From assembly GCA_951406725.2 (NCBI GenBank), contig OX597818.1, positions 29,574,001-29,638,000 on the forward strand: a stretch of DNA of 64,000 bases. The letters run 5' to 3'. A model generated the notes under the pieces. The model ran no database searches. It saw only the letters and a program-made list of their open reading frames with translations, and was not told where the DNA came from. Source of the stretch: Octopus vulgaris (Eukaryota). The position numbers and the translations under genes were made by a program. Position 1 is the first letter of the stretch; every line of letters starts with the position of its first letter. Below are positions 25,801 through 37,800 of the stretch, piece after piece.

Positions 25801-28800
25801 AAAGTCATCGTCTGTGTCTTCATCTGATTGTTGGCACTAAAATTATATGAGAATTAGTTAAGTTCAACAGGTTAATGAAATCACTTATGAAGCAGTAATA
25901 GAAAAAAACCAAGACCTTCCGTATCATGATATTAAATTATATTTTAAACACAATATACTTTTATCAATTAACCTCTCATTTAAATACACCGATGCTTTGT
26001 TTCTAGCAGATTATGCATGATAGTATATGACAGTGCTTCTAGTCTCAAACATTTCATACTCATGGAACCAAACATCTATTGATATAAATATTTTACTACA
26101 ATTATCTACATACTTTTAAAACACTAGCATACTACATTTTGTTTCACTGAAATTGGCTAGAGCCAATGAAATTAATAGATAATGCAAAACAGTTCTAAGT
26201 AACACTGTTTGAAAGACTAGCATGATCACAAAATATTTCAAAATTTGAGAAGGGAAAGACAACTCAAAACATAAAGTACTTTATGAAGATGGCAAAAACA
26301 TGAAAAGGTCAAACTGACAAAGCAAAAAGCTACACTAACCTTTTCTAGTTTCTCAATATATTCCTGACCTTCTTCATTGATTTCATCTTCATCACTTTCC
26401 AAAATATCTTGACCAGTAAAAAAAAAAAACAATTTCAAATTCACACAGGGAAGCTGATGATCATGTTCATCACCATATTGGTGTTTTATTGTACTCTCCG
26501 TTCCATGCTGACAGGAGGTGAATAAGTCAGCAGAACATTAGCCTTTCATTACTAAGGCAGCCATAGCCAGCTAAGAATTTTATTGACGAATGTTACCAAA
26601 CCGGCTGAAATCGGTTGAAATAACCTAGTCATATTTAGATGAGAACTTACTGAAGTTCTCATCTAAATATGACTAGGTTATTTCAACCGTTTGTGAAAAC
26701 ATGTGATTTCACTACATAAACAACATTATTTGGCATGATATTTGACCTCTGTGAATTTTTAGAAATTTTGATCTTGCATTACTTTTTCTACATTGATTTT
26801 TTTTGAAAACTTTTAATACTGACGAACAATGGATACCAATTTCACATTGTCAAGTAGTAAATCAAAACTTGAAGGATTTTCAACTGAACACATGAAAAAT
26901 CAAGCAAAATATAGAGCAAACACAAAAACCACAACATGCCTGAGTATGAATCAGATATTTCTAATTCACAAAGTGATTCCAATGATTACTAAGCAACAAA
27001 AAATGTATTTATAACTGACTGAAGTAAAAGTTTGAAAAATTATTTTTCTTACTAATTTTTCTGAAAAGACTGGACCTAGTCACAGTCTTTCATAAGAGAT
27101 AAAGATAGACTTTTTGTTTGTTTTTTTTCCTCTTTGTTTGAAACAATTACAGTGGGAACTAATAATCCTTACACAAAATATAAGCAAAATCATAAGATAG
27201 TTTGTGGTCTCCCACATGGTTAGCCAAAATCTAAGCATCTTTTGCTATCAATATAAATATGAGTATAATAAAGCTACCAAGAATAATTAACTACTGAAGC
27301 AGCGATGAACCTTTTGGAGACCAATGTTTCCAGTATTATTAAATGGACAAATTTTTTAAAATTTTCACAGTACCTACATATAAGAGATACTGGCAATACC
27401 CCAGTCTGTGGAGAACCAAACTTTGATTCAATATTCAAAATAAGACCCCTTATCAACTGCATTCAAAATGCATATAAAACATTGTACAGACCAGGGAAAT
27501 ACCTAACCATTGATGAGGGTATGGTGGAATATAAAGGTAGAGTACATTTCTGCGCTACAGTAGTTGCAAGTAGAGAAGGGATGCTACTGGTTATAAAAAA
27601 AGCAAAATTGAAAATTTATGAGAATAAGTACATTTCCCAGAATTCAGTTTTCAATGGCGTAAAAAATTATATTAATAAACCACTGACAATGGTAGAAATA
27701 AGTTTCTGTATTCTATAAAATAAAAGCATCTGAAATTATTAACTCTTCTATAAAAATATTTGTAGAAATACAAGCCTTTCTTTCAATTAATTTTGAAATT
27801 AAGTATAGGCCTTTCAATTAATTTTGAAACTAATGAAGAAATTTTGATGAACAGTTTTAATTTAGAAATCAGAAGTTTGTATCATAGAACCTGGAATAGT
27901 CTCAGGCAGCTTAGTATCAAGAGTTTAGTAGTCATATCAGGGTACAGTAATCCCTTGGACTATCACGGATGTTACATTCTGAAACCTTCCACAGAAATAA
28001 TTAAAATCTAAAAAACAAATACCTATCAGCCGTGGAAATTCATAATATACTGAGGAGTTCACAATATAAATTTACACAGAAAAATCTGTGATGTACTGAG
28101 TGTACAATACATGAACCACAATATGGCGAGGGATTACTGTAACTGAATTAGAAAAATTTCTCTAATACCTTGCTCTCCATCTTCCAATTCATCTTCTTCC
28201 TCCTCCTCAGAGTCCAATTCCTGAGCTTTACCTGAAACAAAGTTTGAAAAATTTTAATATTTAAAAAAAAAATCCATAAACATAAAACATTATTATTACT
28301 GCAACAATCCAATTTACATATCTTTAAATGACCTTCAATTTAGGATATATATCTGATCCCTTAAATGATTCCTTGTGGAAAGAGACACAAAATTTAATGA
28401 TTCAGTACTTCACTTAAATTTTATATTTCCTTTATGTACATTTCTCATTAGATTCACTTCAGGAACAATAATGAATACATGATGGTAATATTCAGAATCT
28501 TTCATTAGAAATTTGTAGTGCAATACAAAATTTAAAGCAGTCGTGGGCACCACTCTTCTCCCTGACTAAGCCTTATACATAATTATTAAGCTATAAAAAT
28601 TAGAAATACTAAATTTTAAATAAATGCATGAGAATATTTCAAAACTTAGAACAAGAAAAAAATTTAGAATTTCTTATAAGGATAACTTACTGGCATAAGC
28701 TCGTTTCAATCCTTTGAAAAGTAATAACACTGCTGGAAGGATATGTCGAGCTATTTCAGTGATTTCATTAGGTCTATTTCCTGGTGTATTAATTAATGAA

Positions 28801-31800
28801 CACAGACCAAGGACACTTACTTTTCGGTCATGGAGACTAAAGAGAAAGGAAAACTCAAGTCAACAATCAAGATATTACATTGAACTAAACACTATTTTAA
28901 AAGTATGTAATCAATAACACATAAGAAAGCTTGTCAAGAGATTAACTGGTGAAATATTTCAGTTCTAATTTTACTATTTGCAAAACAGGAAAAGTTACAT
29001 TTAAAAAAGAACTATAAGCAAGTAAAACAAAAACCGTACCCAAGGAAACAGTCGATGTCACCAAGCCAGTAATTGAGAAATTGTGAAGTTATGGAACATG
29101 TAACATTGGGAATAACTATTTTCTGGAGAGTTTGAAATAACAGTGGTGGATTGTAATAAAGAGCAGCAATGACAACTTGTAAACACATTGTCCTCAGTTC
29201 TGATGTTTTTACTTCTTTGGTTAATCGTTTTAAAGCTAGTTCAACAAATGATGGTACAACCTACAAATTAGATATAGAAGAATAGAGCAAGAATTAGTAC
29301 ATTCAACCTCAACATTTGTACATTTCATTTCAGTAGTATTTAATTTAAAGATCAACTGATAAAATACAAAATTCTCTTATGTTTTCAGAAGCAATCAGTT
29401 TATCTAAAGGGCAGTTTCATATAAAAATCATTCAGTAGTGATAAAAACAATTTGCAAAATTACCTGATCAACTTGTCCTTTACATTGCAGAAGAATAACT
29501 TCAAGGAGTTTAGCAGCATGACACTCTGCATCTTCTCCTATATCAGCAAACAACACCTGAAAATAATTAAAATTAGGCATTGTCTTAAGTATGCTGGTTT
29601 AAAAGAAATGCTGATAAATACAAAGAATCTTTTTAAGTGTGTGTGTGTGTGTGTGTTGTGTGTTGTGTGTGTGTGTGTGCGTGCGTGTGTGTGTGTGTGT
29701 GAGTGAGTGAGAGAGGGGGGGTCACGAGTTTAAGCAGTCTAGAAAAACAGAGAAAGGCCATCTACAAAAAAATATTAGTAACATATCAATAACCTTCCAA
29801 CAGTTCAAAACTCTACACTGGGACACATACCACTAGAAAAAAATGCAAAGTAACAGCAACTGTTGTACTTGAGTGAATCCAAGTTGCCTATCACAAGACC
29901 AGGCTTTAAGAATCAACTAGACCAATAAGAAAAATGAAGCTGGGCCAGATTTCCTCACTTATTCCATATAATGAACCACTTCACATCAGGGTGAGCTGTG
30001 AGATTCTCAATGAGGTGGAGGTACAATGTATCAGAAATACTAGTCCTGTGAATCTAGACTGACTATATGTGAGTCAACAAGGAAGCTTTTACATGGTTAT
30101 TCAGCCTGCTGGAAAGTGCAGCCAAATCTCCCTCACATAACACCATACAACTTAAAGGATAAATACATTGGACAATGTTGACCTGGTATACAAATAGACA
30201 GGATTGAGATGACTAGTCTGCTCAATTATGGCTGGCCTAGTGTTAACTGACTATATACAATACATCTGCTCAGAGTTGATTGCTGCTACACAACCCCCTT
30301 TTTATTGATTATCTTGTGTTGCATCTTACAATTTCTCAACTAATGAGAAACTATATTACAATTCTTAACTATCAAAGCAACATTTGAATTAGCATAGTGA
30401 GTATACAATAGTTAACTTTAAGTAGTCAAATGAACAAAATCTTAAACTTTTGTAATTGATGTCAAAACTTTCCAGCGAACTGGCAGGTTTTACTTAAAAA
30501 AATAATGAAAATATGAGAGAAGGTATATCAATTTCACTAAAAGCCAATGCAAATCTGAAGGTTTTCTCTGTGGTTATTCAATACACGAAGAGAAAAACAT
30601 CTTAATTTTACTATAAATTACAGTAGCAGAAAACATGAAAGCAATACTTTTGTTGCCAACACACCTAAGTATATGTTACCAACTTACCCAACTACACTAA
30701 TGGCTAATTTAATAAATATCTAAATGGTGTTTCCTTACCCACACCCATGAGTTAATGAGTCAGAAGAAAAGCAACATTCATGGCCCCGCTGAGGAAGAGA
30801 AGAACTTGTCCTCAAACCTGACTCCACTCAAGTGAGTCAAGGGCCAGATTGTGATATGGATTCATATGCCATATTGGCATATTTCATTAATTATTGCTAG
30901 TTTGCTTAGTTTATTGCTTTATTTTGCTTTAAAAGCAATTTATTTAAAATTTTATATAGCATTAAAAAGAACTAATCTTCAACTTAGTTTCCAAATAGCT
31001 GCAGCAGCAATGGAAAATAAAATGTACAAAATCAGAAAGTAAATTTTTATATTTGCTACCATATTTCTATTGAAATACAGTCTTTGCTTCAATTAACTCT
31101 GAAAATAATCAAGAACTTAGAAAATTTTTAATCAAATGAATTAACCCCCATACTTATTTTTTTTAAGCCTGGTAACTTATTCTATCAGTTTCTTTTTGCC
31201 AAACTGCTAAGTTACAGGGAACATAAAAACACCAATAGTGGTTGTCAAGCAGTGGTGGAAATCAAACACACACTCAACAGGCCACTTTCAGTTTCCGTCT
31301 ACTAAATCCACTCACAAGGTTTTGGTAGACCTGAGGCTATAGCAGGAAACACTTGCCCAAGGTGCCACACAGTGAGACTGAACCCAGAATTATGTGATCA
31401 GGACACAAACTTCTTACCACACAGCCATTCCTGTGCCTATGATGTTTATGGAAGGTTGTGATCTAACTCACTTTAAAACAGGAAGTTTGTTTCATAGAAC
31501 AAGGGACAGTCTCAGAAGGACTGGCATCAAAGGGGTTAAAAATTTTCAATTATAATAAAGAAAACGCATCATGAATATACATACTGTGTTACACATGTTG
31601 TAAACAGCTTCCAAGTGTTCTCTTTGCGATAGAAAACTAGGTGTATCCACAGTTACATAGTTATGCAAAGCTGGCATCATATCTACAATTAAAAAGAAAG
31701 ACATTGTTAATCATTTGTTGGTTGAGACTGTTGACACTACTTAACCACTAATGTTTTCATATTTGTTAGAATGAGAACTGTTTTTACCACAACTCTTTAG

Positions 31801-34800
31801 TGTTCAGATTAATCTGTCAAATGTAATGCTTATTTGCTCACATTATTTTGAATTATTCAGATTCAAGAGGGGTGTCCACAATATTTGCTTGTAACTTTGT
31901 TAATTTTTTACATACTTATTTGAAATTTTGTCAGTGGGTGCTTATATACCAAAAGATTATAGTTATGTAATTTTAGCTGATCTTGCTGAGTAGATTTGAC
32001 TTTTATGGGCAGGTAAATTTAATTAACAGGTGTAAAAGCAATGTGTCGAGCATATTTATTATCTCCATACCAAATTCAAAAAAGCATTTTGGCAAAAATA
32101 AAAATAAATAGTCCAATGATTGAGCATTGGGACGTAGACTGTGTTGTTGACTAGGTCGATGTAGTAACCTGCAACCATGTTGCTGTAATGTTTTCAGTAT
32201 CATTTTCATCACTTTCATTTTTATCACTTTCGTTCTCAAAATCTTCCTCATCCGACAAAGATTCATGAATATCAATATCAGATTCATCCGAAGATAAATC
32301 ACTGTTGTCTACGTTTATATTTTGTACATCATTAAGAGTAAAACCTTCAAAGTTGGAATTGCTACTTGCTGACGCCACGTCTTTAAAAACTAAGATATAA
32401 TCTTCTCTTCAAACATTGAAAAAAACCAAGTCTCGAGAATTCAATAATGTGATTTGTTTATTTTTTTAGTGATTTCATAGAGGAATCATATGGCTGGATT
32501 CGGCCAGTTCAAACAAGTGAAGGGGAATTATTTTCAGCCAGTTTTCACTGGTCTGAACACTGAAGGGTTAAATGGTAAATCACATACAACTATAACTAAT
32601 TATGATGATTTATTACATTGACACAATCCACAATTCTGAAGTGAAAACTGAAAACAATTGAATGAATCTCAACAAGTAACTCATATTTTATCAGCAAGAT
32701 TTTAATCTGAACAGAGACAAATCTATATACAAAAAAGTATTTATTTAGCTTAGTATTCTACCATCATTTTCCCAACTCCACTACCTTAATAGCAATAACA
32801 GAAATAATTACCATTACAACTATTATTAATGTATGTGTCACTAAATTACACCTATGTTTAATGGAGACAGCAAGCAATGTACAACCTAATTAAAATTAGG
32901 TAAGCAAAAATTTTATTCACTAGTCAAAACTAACATAGATGAGCTTTTATTTTAAAAACAATCAAGTTCTATCTCAAATAAATCCAGCAATTACTATTTT
33001 TGTAACAATAGTGAAAGTCTTTAGGTAACTACAGGAAAAGTGGCAGTAGCTTTTTAAAAAGTTGGTTATCCTTCTGATCATCAATTGTAAAGTGAAAATG
33101 ATACTGAAAATTTTCTAATTTGGTTGACAGTGGATATACAATAAATACTGAGTTGTGCCTTAAATTAAAAACAAAAACATTACGTTTACATCTTATAACC
33201 TTACAGTGAACTGTAAAGGCTGATTGACTAACTAAAGGAAAAAGCTACATAAACTATGTCATCATGACCCACACAGCTTCCTAGAGTATCAGCATAACAT
33301 GGAGTTATGAATAAATATTTAGTCATATCCATTAAGTTTAATGAACAAATAGCCATATATAGATATAACTGCATGCATGTCCATAACCCACCGTTTTTTG
33401 ATATATTAGATATTAATGCTGGATAACGATATACCAATTAAGTAATCGAGCTTACATATTAAGAGATTTCAGCTACTATTTTCCCACATCTTTGAAAGAG
33501 AAGTGAATCCAGGCTAGTTCAATTCTCAATCTAGATTTCTGAAAAACCTATGATTTCACCATAAGACCTTATTTCACAATAGGACACAATGTGATCAGCT
33601 TCCTCATCATTTTTATATCTTTTTATCACACTAGTAGGAGGTGAATAAGACAGTATTCTATGCTCTTCCTGTTACCAATATCTACCTATATATGCATGTC
33701 AACCATTTTCTTATACAAAATACTAGTTAATCCAAAACCTTGAAGACACTTGCCCAAGGGACTATGTAGTGGGATGAAGCTGTGAACCCTATGGTTCCAC
33801 AGTGATGCCAGTACCTGCAGCTTATTAAATACATAGAGAAGACTATGTTCATATTTTTATTTGGCAAATAGTTAAAAAAAATAAAACAATATCTGTGAAA
33901 ATGAGTTGTTAGCCATTTCAGATGCTTGATTGGTTAAAACTAATCAGCTACCAAACCAAAAGGTTAAAAGATTAATTACAGTTTAGAATAAAACAAATAT
34001 TACAGTTAAGCTTTAGAAGAAAGATAAGTGAAAGAAATAAGCTTTAGAATCTCACCAGTGAAATAATCTATTCCATCAGTCTGAAACATTTGATACAGCA
34101 TCCCAAATACTTGCCACATTTGAGGCGAGATCTGAGTACTAGTTAGACTACATATCAGAGATAAAACTTCTTCATAAAAATCTGAAATAGATACATTTTA
34201 ATAAATAAAAAAGAAACAATAATCATCATAAAGATTTCAGAAAGACATTAAAATATCTAAAATTTAAATAGTATTTATAACTAATTACTATCATATTAAG
34301 GAAACTTAAGTTTCTCTGGAGCTAAGAGCAATGCAATAGTAAAACTTTAACTCAAATCCCCTCTTCATCAAAATACAAAATTTATTTAAACTGTTGCCCT
34401 TTACTATGACTTTCAACATACAAACTGAAGCAAACAAACTAAAATTGAAAACCTGTCAATCTGTTTTCAAGCAAAGTAATATTTTCCCCAAGTTCAGTGG
34501 TGTTTTCAAGGAAGATTGCAAACAGCATTACTTGTGTGACAGAAACATTTATTTACAATTAGCATACACTGTTAAAGCAACAAATGCATACACGCACACA
34601 AACACAACCTTCTTTTCAGTTTCCATCTACAAAATTCACCCAAATATGCTGGTTCATCTGGATCTATAGTATAAAACACATTCTAAAGTACTGTGCAGTG
34701 GAATTGAATCCAAAACCATGTGGTTACAAAGCATACTACTTAACAATACAAGTGACACCTGTCCCTATATTGAATGTAAACATTCACAAATATTCTTCAA

Positions 34801-37800
34801 TGTTAATTATAAGCATTTCAACAACTGTCACAATATTCTCCTGTTCTATTTGTACTGATTTTGTTAGAATCCTTGCAGTGTAAATGTGCTGAACATCTTG
34901 TGCAGTCAATTACATGCCACTGTCTTCTTAACATCATATGCAGCAACAATCAATTTATTGCTTTGAGATATCATAAATAACCACATCATTGTCAAATGAT
35001 GAAATATATTCCAACTCACAAAATTCAAAACCTAGACATTTGTTTTATCCAACTCTCTACTATTTAATTTTATCCAGGGTTATTTCAATGAGTTTTAAGG
35101 TTACATTGTTTCACGATTTTTCTAATTTACTTCAAGCTTTTTTTTTTTTTAATTTGCTTTTGACTTTAATTTATACCCGAAAGGGTATAGAAAAGTCCCT
35201 TATTGATTTTTTGTATCAATTTCAATTTATATTACGTAAGAACAAATTTAAAAGTTGAATAATACCATTTATAAAGAATTGATTTATGAAAGTTTTCAGT
35301 TTAACCTGAAAGATACATAGTGCTCTTTGAAGAGACGGAGCCATCTGCTAATTGGTTAAGAAAATTAAGAGATTTCCAAGGAAAACGATGTTTGAGAGAT
35401 ATTAGCAACAAGCTGAGAATATCAAACTTACCAATGATGTTTTGCTGAAGAATCAAGGCCACAACATTGAGTACAATGCCTTCTAGTTGCGACATCTAGA
35501 AAGAAGATAAATAACAGAACCAACAAAAAGTCCGACCAAATATACTACAGAGCAAATATTTAAAGTTCAGGATATTTTACAGTGAAATGTTAAGTGAGTT
35601 CATTTACTGTAAAAATAGACTGGCTAAATGAGAGCTTAACCCTTTCGTGTTCAGATTAATTTGTCAAATATAATGTTTATCTGTTCATATTAATTTTGAA
35701 TTATTCAGGTTCAAGTTGGGTGTCCACAATATTTGCTTGTAACTTTGTTAATTTTCTACAGATTTGAAGTTTTGTAAATGGGTGCTTATATGTCAGTGGT
35801 GTATAGTCACGTAATTTTAGCAGATATTTCTGATTAAATTTGACATTTATGGGCAGGTATATTTAATTAACAGGTGTAAAAATAATAACATTATGAATAA
35901 ACACTAAAATTCGTATTCTTAATACATCTTATCTGTTTGATTTGTTACTAAAATTATCCCAGATGTCAACTGCCAACAATTTTACATTTTTCAAGATGAG
36001 GTACATTGATTTGAATTAATTAAAATACAGGTGTAATCGGTACAATATATTAGTCTTTCTCTATATTTCATTCAAAAAGGAATATATGATAAAATAATAT
36101 AGTTATGACATATTTGTCATGAAACTGGACACTTTTCAAAGGAACACATATACGAAGTCTCAATCTGATACCCTTTTGCAGTTTTTCTTTTTTTGCAACA
36201 AGCACAGGCTGCAAACTTTTTTTCTTCCATTTATCTTTTCGACTTTGGGAAAGTCAATATTTTCTGTTGATATCCACAAAATACTCTTGTTTTCATTTAT
36301 ATTAATTTTGCTTTTCTCCCAGTTCTGTGCTTTCTAGAAGGAAAGCCCTTACGTACCTGAGATGTGATGTCAACCCAAAATCTCAAATGGTCATAGTCCT
36401 TAGGTGGCGGAAGTACCTTGTGGCTTTTTACATATACAATATATGAATTAGCTATACTTAAATTAACTAAAAACCACAAAATATGTACCTACACCATTTC
36501 TTCCCAGGTCAACCAACTGGGTAATATATCCAATATTGGTCAGATTTATCAACCCTACCCATATATTTGTTATAACAACTATTCATTAAGGATTTACTCC
36601 TCAGCATCAACACCAGGTTGTTCATTAGTAAGCAGAAATAAAATCTGTATTTTGTCTTTGAAAGCAGTAGCTAAAAGATTTTCCGTTTGCATTTGTAAAA
36701 TGTCCCTTCTTGTTTTTAATTTTGTTTTCATTTCACAGGATAAGCCTTTACGGTTGCCTATAACAGTACTGCACATGTAAGTACTTACACGGGCAAGATT
36801 TTCATACAAAGCTACTGAAGAAAACAAAAGTCAAAATAGAGGTGTCAGTACTGATGGTGAAATGGTTCAGTAAGAGACTATACTATATCATATCCCAATC
36901 CATATGGTCTGTTTCCATTATATTTTTTACCTGTGTAAACATCAAAGTTTACGCAATACCCAGTGTCTGGTTTACAAACTTCCCATATCTTGATCTGCCA
37001 TTTAGTGGGTTTGGCAGGCAAGTACTGTCGAAAATGTACTCTGCCCTTATAGCCTATCATGGCGTAATCAACACTGAGATTTCGCCCAAGTAGATACACA
37101 GTTTTATAACTATTAAGGAGTAAATCAATTACAGGACGTACTTAGTACAGGGGATCATAGTTTGGGTTGTTTTTGCTGGGGGCATTAGCAGAATCAATTA
37201 AATGTAAATACTGAGATATTTTCAAATACCTCATCTTCGACATTATACTTGAGATATAGTGATCACCATAACTTATATCAGGACTCCAGTAGTTCCACAG
37301 TCGAGGAAGCTATTTAACACCAAACATAATATTGATTGTGAAAAACGCTCTCATTTCCGCAGTATAAGTTGACTGACATAGTGGATCATTTCTTCCATGA
37401 ATAGAAAATATACACTGTGCCTATTTGTTTTGTTTCTTCCATAACTTTTTAAAAAAAACTTTCAGGTAAAAATAAAAATAGGTAGTCCAATGGTTGAGCA
37501 TCAGGAGGTAAATTATGTTGTGGACCAGTGTTTTCTGTGAAATCAGGAATAGTGATTGGTGTTGTAATCTTTGACCATATTGCTATGTTTATATTTTCAT
37601 CACTTTCATTCTCAAAATCCTTGTCCAAATATTCACTAATATCGATATCAGATTCATCTGAAGACAAAATATTCTTGTTTTCATTTATATATTCTATATC
37701 ATCAAGCCTAAAACCTACTTGTTGATGCCATTTCAGACTTCTCTTCAAACATTGCAAAAACCATGTGGCCCAAACAACTTCACAGTATTTATACTTGAAT

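Noticed and set aside
30781-30846. Hammerhead ribozyme on the plus strand (CTGAGGA after a stem, three-way junction)
   Set aside because: The GAAA core reads CAAA, and there is no properly placed UH cleavage site.
30720-30900. Telomerase RNA or U3/U17 snoRNA
   Set aside because: No telomeric template nearby and no U17 m1/m2 motifs; the GAGGAAGAGA match to U3 is isolated.
33200-33615. Intronic C/D snoRNAs (ATGATGA on the minus strand at 33259-33265 and 33604-33610)
   Set aside because: No suitably placed CTGA with a terminal stem, and no recognisable rRNA guide.
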